Source: Actinomycetota bacterium (GTDB lineage: Bacteria; Actinomycetota; UBA4738; HRBIN12). From it: DNA of 64,000 nt. This document shows positions 9,349 through 18,302 of this stretch, one piece after another. Both the position numbers and the translations under genes were made by a program. Positions within the stretch are counted from its first letter, which is position 1; every line of letters begins with the position of its first letter. The DNA is taken from assembly GCA_039933515.1 (NCBI GenBank), contig JBDTNY010000022.1:222-64221 (forward strand). The letters are read 5' to 3'. Under the pieces are notes generated by a model. That model did no database searches, was not told where the DNA came from, and saw nothing but the letters and a program-made list of their open reading frames with translations.

Positions 9349-10461
9349 ATGGATATCAACGAACTCCTGAGGTACGCCGTCGAGCGAGGTGCGAGCGACC
9401 TTCACCTCAAGGTGGGGAACGTTCCGTTCATCCGGGTGGACGGAGCGCTCGATCCCGCTCCGTTCGACGCGCTGACCGCCTCCGATACCGAGGCCTTCGC
9501 GATCGCTCTGATGTCCGAGCACAAGAGGCGCGAGTTCGAGGCGTCGAGCGAGGCGGACCTGGGCTACACCCTGGCGGGCGTGGGCCGGTTCCGCGTCAAC
9601 GTGTTCCGCCAGCGGGCGGTCATCGGGCTGGCGGTGCGTCGCGTGCGCTCCGAAGTGCCCACGTTTGAAGAACTCCGGCTGCCCACCGTGATGCGGTCGT
9701 TGGCCGAGTCTCCCCGGGGGCTCGTGCTGATCACGGGCCCGACCGGCACCGGCAAGACCACGACGATTGCCTCGATGATCGGCCATATCAACCGGACCCG
9801 CCGGGCCCACATCGTTACGATCGAGGACCCGATCGAGGTGATGCACGACGACATCCGCTCGATCGTGCAGCAGCGTGAGATCGGCATCGACACCGATTCG
9901 TACGGCGCGGCGCTCCGCCACGTGATCCGCCAGGACCCCGATGTGATCTTCATCGGAGAGATCCGCGACGCCGAATCGGCGCTTTCCGCGATCCAGGCGG
10001 CCGAGACCGGCCATCTCGTCATCTCGACCTTGCACACGATCGACTGCATGGAGACGATCAACCGCATGCTCGACCTGTTCCCCCCGCAGCAGCAGAAAGA
10101 GGTTCGTACCTCGTTCGCGGGCTCGCTCCGGGGCATCGTGTCGCAGCGGCTCGTGACCCGTGCCGATGGGAAGGGTCGAGTTCCTGCCATCGAGGTGCTC
10201 GTGAACACGGGCCGGGTCTTCGACCGGATCGTCGATCCAGACAAGACGGATTCGATCGTCGAGGTGATCGCCGACGGCGAGTTCTACGGGATGCAGACCT
10301 TCGATCAGTCGCTCGTACAGCTGGTGCGGGAAGGGCTCGTCGAAGAGGCCGAGGCTCGTCGCACCGCGACGAATCCGCATGACTTCGACCTGCAGCTGCG
10401 TGGGGTGCTCGATCGCGGCTCGGCGCTTTCGGCCGACGAGACCGCCGGGCTTCCCTTCTAG
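9349..10461 (+). CDS. pilT: Type IV pilus twitching-motility ATPase PilT
   Basis: MDINELLRYAVERGASDLHLKVGNVPFIRVDG..., Walker A GPTGTGKTTT, PilT-type IVTIEDPIE, Walker B DVIFIGEIRD, and HLVISTLHT. ATG 9349 chosen; the track start is 9292. Confidence 0.9.
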   Translation: MDINELLRYAVERGASDLHLKVGNVPFIRVDGALDPAPFDALTASDTEAFAIALMSEHKRREFEASSEADLGYTLAGVGRFRVNVFRQRAVIGLAVRRVRSEVPTFEELRLPTVMRSLAESPRGLVLITGPTGTGKTTTIASMIGHINRTRRAHIVTIEDPIEVMHDDIRSIVQQREIGIDTDSYGAALRHVIRQDPDVIFIGEIRDAESALSAIQAAETGHLVISTLHTIDCMETINRMLDLFPPQQQKEVRTSFAGSLRGIVSQRLVTRADGKGRVPAIEVLVNTGRVFDRIVDPDKTDSIVEVIADGEFYGMQTFDQSLVQLVREGLVEEAEARRTATNPHDFDLQLRGVLDRGSALSADETAGLPF

Positions 10462-10904
10462 TTGGAAGGGCGATCTGCCGGTGCTTCGCCCGAGGCGCGC
10501 TGCGCACTCAGCTCCATCGGATGTCGCCGATAGCCGTAGGGGAGCGCGAGTGCCAGGTACACCGGAATGAACAGAGGTCCCCAGGCGCAGTACTGACGGA
10601 TGTGATGCCGCTCGTGCGCGAGCAGCGTGCCGGTCAGCGGGTGGGCCGCGACGATCACGAAGCCGATCGTCATCGCCGCACGGTTCGCTCGAGGCATCAA
10701 TGCCGTCAGGCCTCTGGGCGCCCGATCGAAGATCAGCGCCCCGTCGGACAAGCGTGGTCGTTGGAACGTGAGGAGCCCGACGACGAGCCCGATCATCGTG
10801 TTCGGGAGCGTCCAGATGAACCCGAGCCAGGTAGGCACGTCTCGAACGTACCCGACGATGGAACGAGCGGCCCCCCTTTGGGCGGCGGGCGCCCTCGGCG
10901 GCAC
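10458..10904 (-). CDS. Hypothetical membrane protein with an HExxH-like motif (AHERHH)
   Basis: 148-aa ORF with 3-4 hydrophobic segments and HERHHIRQY. Its stop overlaps the pilT stop in a CTAG. I recognise no family. Confidence 0.55.
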   Translation of the reverse strand: MPPRAPAAQRGAARSIVGYVRDVPTWLGFIWTLPNTMIGLVVGLLTFQRPRLSDGALIFDRAPRGLTALMPRANRAAMTIGFVIVAAHPLTGTLLAHERHHIRQYCAWGPLFIPVYLALALPYGYRRHPMELSAQRASGEAPADRPSN

Positions 10905-10930
10905 AGGACGGGGGGTATCCTCGTGCCGTC

Positions 10931-12337
10931 ATGACCGAGCCCACGCCGCAGCCGGGGGGCGCCACGATCGAGGTCGACCCGCTCGCGGACGAGCTGGGAG
11001 CCCTGTTCGAGGCCGCCGGCCACCAGCTTTATCTCGTCGGGGGTTCCGTGCGCGACCTCGTGATGGGCCGGGTCCGACTCGACGAGGCCGATCTGGACTT
11101 CTGCACCGACGCGGCTCCGCACGAGACCACCCGGGTGATGCGCGGGTGGGCCGACGGCGTCTACCTCGTGGGGGTCAAGTTCGGAACCGTGGGGGCGCGC
11201 AGGTTCGGTCGCACGCTTGAGGTGACCACGTTCCGGACGGACGCCTACGACGAGGCCCACCGCAAGCCGGCCGTGACGTTCGCGAAAGACGTCGAGTCGG
11301 ACCTGTCGCGACGGGATTTCACGATCAACGCGATGGCGGTTCGGGTGCCGGGCGGCGCGTTCGTGGATCCGTTCGGCGGCGTGCGACACCTGGCCACGAA
11401 GACGCTCGACACGCCGCTCGAGCCCGAGGTGTCGTTCTCCGACGACCCGCTGCGGATGCTCCGTGCGGCTCGCTTCGTGTCGCAGCTCGAGGTGATCCCG
11501 GCGCCTCGCGTGGTCGAGGCCCTCGCGCGGATGCGAGAGCGTCTGTCGATCGTGAGCGCCGAGCGGATCGCCGACGAGCTCGTGAAGCTCCTGAACGGCG
11601 CGAACCCCTCGGCGGGTCTCGACCTCTTGGTCTCGACGGGACTTTCCGACGAGTTCGTCCCCGAGCTCTCGGCGCTCAGCCTCGAGCAGGACCCGGTCCA
11701 CCGCCACAAGGACGTCCTCCGCCATACGTACGCCGTGGTCGAGCGCTGCGAGCCCGATCCGACGGGCACGCTCCGGCTCGCGGCGCTCCTGCACGACATC
11801 GGCAAGCCGAAGACCCGAGAGATCACGCCGGGCGGTGTGACGTTCCACCATCACGAGGTCGTGGGCGCACGGATGGCGGAGTCTCGTCTGCGCGAGCTCC
11901 GGTTCCCGAACGCGGTGATCGACGATGTGCGCAGGCTCGTCGAGATGCACCTGCGGTTCCATGGGTACGGCGAGGGGTGGAGCGACTCGGCGGTGCGTCG
12001 GTATGTCCGCGACGCGGGGCCGCTCCTTGACAAGCTGAACCTGCTTACGCGCGCCGACGTCACGACACGCAACGAGCGACGCGCGGAAGCGTTCGCCCGG
12101 CTGCAGGACGACCTCGAAGAGCGCATCGCCCGTCTCGCCGAGCAGGAGAACCTCGACGCGATGCGGCCCCCGCTCGACGGCCGGCAGGTGATGGAGCATC
12201 TCGGGCTTCCTCCGGGACCCCAGATCGGCGAGGCGCTCGCGTTCTTGATGGAGGACCGCATCGAGCGCGGCCCGATCGAGGAGGCCGAGGCGCTTGCCCT
12301 GCTCGACGCGTGGGCGAAGGAGCGCGGGCTGCGCTAG
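10931..12337 (+). CDS. cca: CCA-adding tRNA nucleotidyltransferase / poly(A) polymerase family with HD domain
   Basis: 468 aa. Motifs: LYLVGGSVRDLVMG...DLDFCT nucleotidyltransferase motif, RRDFTINAMA, and HD domain LLHDIGKP...HHHEVVGA. Confidence 0.92.
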   Translation: MTEPTPQPGGATIEVDPLADELGALFEAAGHQLYLVGGSVRDLVMGRVRLDEADLDFCTDAAPHETTRVMRGWADGVYLVGVKFGTVGARRFGRTLEVTTFRTDAYDEAHRKPAVTFAKDVESDLSRRDFTINAMAVRVPGGAFVDPFGGVRHLATKTLDTPLEPEVSFSDDPLRMLRAARFVSQLEVIPAPRVVEALARMRERLSIVSAERIADELVKLLNGANPSAGLDLLVSTGLSDEFVPELSALSLEQDPVHRHKDVLRHTYAVVERCEPDPTGTLRLAALLHDIGKPKTREITPGGVTFHHHEVVGARMAESRLRELRFPNAVIDDVRRLVEMHLRFHGYGEGWSDSAVRRYVRDAGPLLDKLNLLTRADVTTRNERRAEAFARLQDDLEERIARLAEQENLDAMRPPLDGRQVMEHLGLPPGPQIGEALAFLMEDRIERGPIEEAEALALLDAWAKERGLR

Positions 12338-13530
12338 GGGGTCGAGAGTTCGGCGGTGTCTGGCCCCTGCTCGGCAGCCAGGCCCTCCCCACCCGCGCGC
12401 CGCACGTCGAGCGTGACGGTCACAGCCAAGACCACGAAGACCACGCCTGTGAGCGCGGCCGGCGGCATTCCCCGCCCGAGGCCGACGGTGGCCAGGAGAA
12501 GCGCGATCGCGATCAGCCGCTGGCTCATGACGGCGTCCCATGCCTGGATGTTCGCCTTGTGGATCACGGCCAGCGCGAAGAGCACAAAGCCCGGCCCGGC
12601 GCACAGCATCAGTCGGGTCGCCAGCGAAAGGCCGTGATCCCCGTGTGCGCCCGCCTCGATCGCGAGCTGGACACCGACCGCAGACGCCGCGATCCCCGAG
12701 TACGCGAACAGGTGGCCGTACCCCCAGAGGAACGACGCCACCACGCGCTCGCGCGACAGGGCCGATGACGACACGGTCTCGAAGTAGGCCCACCAGATCG
12801 CGGCGGCGATCCCGAAACCGAGGAGCGCTGATGCCACCGAGCCCCCGTCCAACGTCGCGCTACTCAGTCCCGTCGTCACCGCGACGACGCCCTCACCGAG
12901 CACGATGATCGCGAACAGACCGTAGCGCTCGGGGATGTGTCTGGCGTCGAACGGCTGACCGTCGTACGCGCGCACGGCGAACACCGGGGCCACCATGAGG
13001 ACGAGCAGCGCGAGTGCCCAGATCCAGTGCCGGGCCGAGGCGTCCACGGCGAGGGAGGCAAGCATCAACGCGCCGCCGATCGCGTCGCCGATCAGATAGT
13101 TCTTGGCGAGCCCCCGGGCGTCGCCGGCATGGGGAAGCACGCGAAGGAACATCACGACCAAGAGCACCTGCATGGCGGCATACGCGAGCACGAACGCCAC
13201 GTCGCTCCCGCCCGATACGACATCCCGGATCCCGGACGCGAGCACGATGACCAGCAGCATCGCGAAAAGCAGCGACAGCCGGTGGAACAGATCGTCGTTG
13301 TCCCACGCGGTGGCGAACCACGTGAACTCCATCCACGCCCACCACACCGGGACGAACAGCAGACAGAAATGCCACAGCCCGGCGAGCGTAGGGTCGGAGC
13401 GGAGACCGTCGGCGAGGGCGGTCACCGCCGCGACGAAGCACAGGTCGAAGAACAGCTCGAGCCAGGTGCTCTTGCGATCCTCGACCTCGAAGTCGCGCAT
13501 CGGCGCAGGCTTGAGCCACCGACCGTTCAC
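12334..13530 (-). CDS. Low-temperature-requirement protein A (LtrA) family membrane protein
   Basis: STWLELFFDLCFVAAV and a polytopic profile are typical of LtrA. GTG 13530 overlaps the upstream stop (GTGA). I rejected the track start at 14457 (707 aa) as an antisense extension. Confidence 0.8.
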   Translation of the reverse strand: MNGRWLKPAPMRDFEVEDRKSTWLELFFDLCFVAAVTALADGLRSDPTLAGLWHFCLLFVPVWWAWMEFTWFATAWDNDDLFHRLSLLFAMLLVIVLASGIRDVVSGGSDVAFVLAYAAMQVLLVVMFLRVLPHAGDARGLAKNYLIGDAIGGALMLASLAVDASARHWIWALALLVLMVAPVFAVRAYDGQPFDARHIPERYGLFAIIVLGEGVVAVTTGLSSATLDGGSVASALLGFGIAAAIWWAYFETVSSSALSRERVVASFLWGYGHLFAYSGIAASAVGVQLAIEAGAHGDHGLSLATRLMLCAGPGFVLFALAVIHKANIQAWDAVMSQRLIAIALLLATVGLGRGMPPAALTGVVFVVLAVTVTLDVRRAGGEGLAAEQGPDTAELSTP

Positions 13531-13928
13531 GCCGCTCCGGCTCCCAGACCCGCGAGGCGGAAGATGGTTGCGAGCGTCGCCGGATCCCCGCGCCAATGGC
13601 GGGTGACGGCGTCGCGCCCGGCGTGCTTCACGAGGTGGCGGAGGACGAGCGCAGTCACGATCACGTCGTCGAACGGCCCGATCACGGGGATGAACTCGGG
13701 GATCAGGTCGATCGGGTTCACGAGGTAGAGGAAGGCGAGCCCGACGAGGAGCTTCGACCCGAAGGGGGTGGCGGGATCGCGCATCAGCCTCCGGAACAGC
13801 GCGAGCACATCGGGGATCGCGCGCGCGAGTTTGGCTGCCGTCATCCGCCGGCCGAGGACGTAGAGGAGGCCGATAACCGCCGCCCAAACGACGAACGTGA
13901 TCCCCACGACGATCAGGAACGTGCGCAT
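13527..13928 (-). CDS. DUF1232 (YkvA-like) membrane protein
   Basis: 133 aa. The LAFLYLVNPIDLIPEFIPVIGPFDDVIV motif is characteristic of DUF1232. Confidence 0.8.
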   Translation of the reverse strand: MRTFLIVVGITFVVWAAVIGLLYVLGRRMTAAKLARAIPDVLALFRRLMRDPATPFGSKLLVGLAFLYLVNPIDLIPEFIPVIGPFDDVIVTALVLRHLVKHAGRDAVTRHWRGDPATLATIFRLAGLGAGAA

Positions 13929-13960
13929 CGGTCCAGGGTAGCGCCGCTAGGCTGCGAGGG

Positions 13961-16354
13961 ATGCCGCCGAACACCCTCGCTCCAGAGGTCGAAGCCGACC
14001 GTGGCCTGTCCTCGGGCGAAGTGGCCGCCCGCGTTGCCGACGGCCGCACGAACGACGTGCCTTCCGCACCCACCCGAACGGTCGCCCAGATCGTGCGGGC
14101 CAACGTGTTCACGCGATTCAACGCGATCCTCGGCGCGATGCTCGCGGTCATCGTCGTGGTCGGACCGGCGCAAGACGCGCTCTTCGGGTTCGTGCTGTTC
14201 GCGAACGCGCTGATCGGGATCGTCCAAGAGCTCCGCGCGAAAGGAACCCTCGATCGTCTGACGCTGCTGACGGCTCCCCGGGCGCAGGTAGTCCGAGACG
14301 GCGAGGTACGCGAGGTCGCGGTGGGCGACGTCGTCCAGGACGATGTGCTGGAGGCACCCGCCGGCGCGCAGATCGTCGTGGACGGGGAGGTGCTGACCAC
14401 CGAGGGGCTCGAGATCGACGAGTCGCTCCTGACCGGCGAGGCCGAACCGGTCGTCAAGCGAGCCGGCGACGAGGTCCGCTCCGGATCGTTCGCGTCCGCG
14501 GGGATCGGTCGCTACCGTGCCGTGACTGTCGGGCGCGAGGCGTATGCCGCCCGGATCGCCGAGGACGCGCGCAGGTTCACGGTCACGCGATCCGAGCTGC
14601 GGTCGGGCATCGACACGATCCTCACCTATGTCACGTTCGCGATCGTGCCGACGGCAACGCTGCTGTTCTTCAGCCAGCTGCGAACACACGATGCCTGGCG
14701 TCGGGCGGTGTCCGGTGCGGTGGCTGGAACCGTGGCGATGGTGCCTGAGGGACTCGTGCTCTTGACGTCGCTCGCGTTCGCCCTGGCCGCGATGCGGCTC
14801 GCACGGCAACGGGTCTTGGTGCAGGAGCTGCAGGCGGTCGAAGGGCTCGCCCGCGTGGATGTGCTCTGCGTGGACAAGACCGGCACCCTGACCGAAGGCA
14901 AGCTCTCGGTCGACCGGCTCGATCCGGTCGGAAGCGGAACCCTCGAGGTGGCCGAGCGCGCGATCGCCGCCCTTGCCGCGCACGATGCGTCGCCGAACGC
15001 CACGATGCAGGCGATCGGGAAGCGCTACCCCGATCAGCCCGAGGAGTGGCGTGCGGTCGCGTCGGTGCAGTTCTCGTCGGGGCGCAAGTGGAGCGGGATC
15101 GAGTTCGATGGAAAGGGCGCCTGGCTGCTCGGCGCGCCCGACGTGCTGCTCGCCGGGGGCACCCGCGACGACGCTGTGCTCGCGGACGTCGACGCCGAGG
15201 CCGATCAGGGACACCGCGTCGTCCTGCTCGCCCACGCCAACGCGCTCGACGCCGAGCGGCTCCCGGGGGCGCTGTCGCCGGTCGCACTCGTCGTGCTCGG
15301 CGATGCCCCGCGGCCCGATGCCGCCGACACGCTTCGCTACTTCGCTGAGCAGGGCGTGACCGTGAAGGTGATCTCCGGCGACGATCCGCGCACGGTGAGC
15401 GCGATCGCCTCGATGCTCGGTCTCGCCGGCGCCGACGAGCCGATCGACGCTCGCGACCTCCCCGGAGACGACGGCAAGCTCGCCGAGGTGATGGAAGCCC
15501 GCTCGGTGTTCGGCCGCGTCACGCCCCAGCAGAAGCGCGCCATGGTGAAGGCGCTGCAGGCTCGCGGGCACACCGTCGCGATGACGGGCGACGGCGTGAA
15601 CGACGCCCTGGCGCTGAAGGACGCCGACATCGGCATCGCGATGGGCTCGGGGTCCGACGCCACCCGCGCGGTGGCCCAGCTCGTGCTGCTGGACTCGAAC
15701 TTCGATGCGCTGCCCTCCGTCGTGGCCGAGGGCCGGAGGGTGTTGGGCAACATCGAGCGCACGTCGGGTCTCTACCTGACGAAGACCGTCTACGCGATGT
15801 TGATCTCGCTCGCGACCGGCGTGGTGGGCTTCGTGTTCCCGTTTCTGCCGCGTCATCTGACGCTGATCGGCGCCCTGACGATCGGGATCCCGTCGTTCTT
15901 CCTGGCGCTCGCCCCGAACACCGACCTGTTCCGCCCCGGATTCGTGCCGCGCATCCTGCGATTCGCGATCCCTGCCGGTGCACTTGCGGCGACCGCGAGC
16001 TTCCTCTCGTACTCGCTCGCTCGCGTGGAGCCCGGCGTGTCGCTCGAAGGGGCGCAGACCACGGCCGTGATGGTGTTGATCTGGATCGGGTTGCTGGTGC
16101 TCTCGATCCTCGCTGCGCCGCTCACGCGTGCGCGGCTCGCGCTGATCTGGACGATGGCCGGATTGTTCCTGCTCGTGCTGAATCTACAGGTGACGAGGAC
16201 ATTCTTCGCGCTGGACCCACCGTCGCTGATCGTGTGGCTCGCGGCCTTCGGCATCGCGGCGATTACCTGGTCGTTCGCGCGACTCTTCGTGCCCGGCGAA
16301 GAGCCGGTGGGACCCCGAGCACAGGGGCGCGCCGGAGGGTCCGCGAACCGCTAG
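13961..16354 (+). CDS. Cation-translocating P-type ATPase (type II, possibly CtpE-like Ca/Mg type)
   Basis: 797 aa. Motifs: TGEAEP, phosphorylation site CVDKTGTLT, MVPEGL in TM4, hinge MTGDGVNDALALKDADIGIAMG. Confidence 0.92.
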   Translation: MPPNTLAPEVEADRGLSSGEVAARVADGRTNDVPSAPTRTVAQIVRANVFTRFNAILGAMLAVIVVVGPAQDALFGFVLFANALIGIVQELRAKGTLDRLTLLTAPRAQVVRDGEVREVAVGDVVQDDVLEAPAGAQIVVDGEVLTTEGLEIDESLLTGEAEPVVKRAGDEVRSGSFASAGIGRYRAVTVGREAYAARIAEDARRFTVTRSELRSGIDTILTYVTFAIVPTATLLFFSQLRTHDAWRRAVSGAVAGTVAMVPEGLVLLTSLAFALAAMRLARQRVLVQELQAVEGLARVDVLCVDKTGTLTEGKLSVDRLDPVGSGTLEVAERAIAALAAHDASPNATMQAIGKRYPDQPEEWRAVASVQFSSGRKWSGIEFDGKGAWLLGAPDVLLAGGTRDDAVLADVDAEADQGHRVVLLAHANALDAERLPGALSPVALVVLGDAPRPDAADTLRYFAEQGVTVKVISGDDPRTVSAIASMLGLAGADEPIDARDLPGDDGKLAEVMEARSVFGRVTPQQKRAMVKALQARGHTVAMTGDGVNDALALKDADIGIAMGSGSDATRAVAQLVLLDSNFDALPSVVAEGRRVLGNIERTSGLYLTKTVYAMLISLATGVVGFVFPFLPRHLTLIGALTIGIPSFFLALAPNTDLFRPGFVPRILRFAIPAGALAATASFLSYSLARVEPGVSLEGAQTTAVMVLIWIGLLVLSILAAPLTRARLALIWTMAGLFLLVLNLQVTRTFFALDPPSLIVWLAAFGIAAITWSFARLFVPGEEPVGPRAQGRAGGSANR

Positions 16355-17004
16355 TTCAGCCCGCCGGCACGGCCGGGTGGCCAGATCACCAGGTCCGCCT
16401 TCCCGATCACCTGGCTCAGCGGAACGAACCCAAGTCCGAACCGAGAGTCGAGCGAGTTCCCGCGATTGTCACCCATCACGAAGAGCGTCCCGTCGGGAAC
16501 CTTGGTCCTGGGGAAGTCGTCGGTCTTCTGCGCGAGGTACGGCTCGTCGATCCGCACGTTGTCGACGTAGACGTCTCCGCCCTTGGCCCACACGGTTTCA
16601 CCGGGCAGCCCGATCACGCGCTTGATGAAGTCCTCGTTGTCGGGCGGCGCCGCGCCCAGGCCTTGCACGAGCCAATGGACGAAGCCGCCGACCAGGCCTC
16701 GGTCGGGAAGCTTCGAGGGGTCGGGGTCCTCGAACACGATCACGTCGCCGCGCTGGGGGTCGTGGAAGTAGTAGGGAACCTTGACCACGATCACCCGATC
16801 GCCGGGCATCAGCGTGGTCTCCATCGATCCCGACGGGATGAAGAACGCCTGGACCAGGAAGGTCTTGATGAGCAGCGCCAGGATGAACGCCATCAGGACG
16901 AGCCCCGGCAGTTCGCCGAGGAACTGGAGAACGGGATTCCGATGCTTCTGGGGGACCTCGGGGTCTGGGGCCTCGAGGGAATCCCGCTTCGCGGTCGTCG
17001 TCAC
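16351..17004 (-). CDS. lepB: Signal peptidase I
   Basis: S26 motifs IPSGSMETTL (catalytic Ser), KRVIGLPGE and VMGDNRGNSLDSR. GTG 17004 overlaps the upstream stop (GTGA). I rejected the track start at 18042. Confidence 0.9.
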   Translation of the reverse strand: MTTTAKRDSLEAPDPEVPQKHRNPVLQFLGELPGLVLMAFILALLIKTFLVQAFFIPSGSMETTLMPGDRVIVVKVPYYFHDPQRGDVIVFEDPDPSKLPDRGLVGGFVHWLVQGLGAAPPDNEDFIKRVIGLPGETVWAKGGDVYVDNVRIDEPYLAQKTDDFPRTKVPDGTLFVMGDNRGNSLDSRFGLGFVPLSQVIGKADLVIWPPGRAGGLN

Positions 17005-18254
17005 CCGCCAAGGGTACCGGGCGGCCGCACCTGCCGGAGGCGGACCGCCACATGCACCGCCACGAGCGCGACCGCCGCCGTGATCGCCAGGTTTCCGAAC
17101 CAGGCGCCGACCGCGCCCGCCGTCACGGCGATCGCGAGCTCCGCGCCGCGGAGGTCGCTGACGAGCCATGCGTGGCGCAATCCGGCGAAGGCCAGGAACG
17201 CCGCGAGTCCCCACACGGGGAGCAACCCGAGGATCTGTGGGACCTGCGGGGCGAAGAAGACGCCGAGCCCGATGAGTCCCGTGCCGAGCAAGAGGTTCAT
17301 GCCGGCGGTCCGCGCCCCGAGGCGTGCATGGGCGGTGAGGCCGCCGGCGCCGTGGCACATCGGCATGCCGCCGAGGATCCCGCTCACGGCGTTCCCGATC
17401 CCCGCCGACAGGCACACGCGGCTCGGCGTCACCCGGTCGGCGCTCGGGCCGAAATACCGGTGCGAGAGATCGTCCACCGCAACGACCGCGTTGCCGAAGG
17501 TGAGCGGAAGCTGCGGAACGACGAGCAGGAAGAACGCCCCACCGAACGCCGCGAACGGAGGGAAGGAAAGGGACGGCAGGGTGACCGTCGGCCCAGAGAA
17601 GCCGGGCGCCGCGGTGATCAGCGTGCCCGCGACCCCGGCGACGACGATCGTGATCGCGAGCCAGTAGTGGCGGGTCCGGGACGCGAACACCACCCCAGTG
17701 AAGGCGGCGATCATCAAGACCCACGGCCAGGGGGCCTCGGGCGTACCCGCGAACACGGTCGGGGGTTCGTTCACGAGCTTCATCGCAGCGATCGTGAGGA
17801 GCACCCCTACACCGAACTGCAGGGCGCGCACCACCGGCGTCGTGAACACTCGGGCCACGACGTCGGCCACGTGATGGAAGGAGAGGAGCATCAAGAAGGC
17901 GGCGATCTCGAGCCCTGCCGCGTGGATCACATCCGGAGACAGATGCTGAGCGACGGCGACGGCGGTGAGCGCTTTCAGCGGCTGCACCGGGAACGGGATC
18001 TTGAACGCGACACCGGCCCCGACCACTAGGAGGCCCGCGCACACGAGGACGCTGGAGGCGTCGAGCCCGTTCACGAGGATCAGCGCGGTGGCGAGCGGCA
18101 CCATCACCCCGAGATCGGCGATCGCCCCGGCGGCCTCTCCGGCTCCGATCCCGAAGGCGCGGATCGGACGTGGGGGCGCCGATGTGGGGTCGACGGCAGC
18201 CCTCATGCGACGATTTGAAGAGACGGCGACATGGGGGCGACGATACCTCATCAC
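17001..18254 (-). CDS. Putative molybdate/sulfate transporter, MOT1-like (MFS_MOT1) family
   Basis: Polytopic protein whose N-terminal GEAAGAIADLGVMVPL resembles the GDLGTxxP motif of MOT1-type molybdate transporters. It lies downstream of a Mop/TOBE regulator. The start could instead be ATG 18206. Confidence 0.7.
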   Translation of the reverse strand: MMRYRRPHVAVSSNRRMRAAVDPTSAPPRPIRAFGIGAGEAAGAIADLGVMVPLATALILVNGLDASSVLVCAGLLVVGAGVAFKIPFPVQPLKALTAVAVAQHLSPDVIHAAGLEIAAFLMLLSFHHVADVVARVFTTPVVRALQFGVGVLLTIAAMKLVNEPPTVFAGTPEAPWPWVLMIAAFTGVVFASRTRHYWLAITIVVAGVAGTLITAAPGFSGPTVTLPSLSFPPFAAFGGAFFLLVVPQLPLTFGNAVVAVDDLSHRYFGPSADRVTPSRVCLSAGIGNAVSGILGGMPMCHGAGGLTAHARLGARTAGMNLLLGTGLIGLGVFFAPQVPQILGLLPVWGLAAFLAFAGLRHAWLVSDLRGAELAIAVTAGAVGAWFGNLAITAAVALVAVHVAVRLRQVRPPGTLGG

Positions 18255-18302
18255 CGTGCGTGAGGCCTAGGCAAACCTAGCGAAAAGAGCGGTTAAACCT
18301 GG

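Noticed and set aside
10793-12793. 666-aa ORF antisense to the CCA-enzyme gene. Similar long antisense ORFs occur at 8731-10965, 13913-15856, 16234-17667, 50641-52812, 60117-61772 and 38293-39996.
   Set aside because: Their translations are Arg/Pro/Gly/Ala-rich low-complexity sequence with no recognisable motifs. Each lies opposite a gene with clear family signatures. Long stop-free antisense frames are expected in DNA of about 70 percent GC.
18255-18302. Possible Moco riboswitch between the Mop/TOBE regulator gene and the MOT1-like transporter gene.
   Set aside because: The spacer is only 48 nt, far shorter than a Moco RNA motif, and shows no conserved Moco core that I can recognise.
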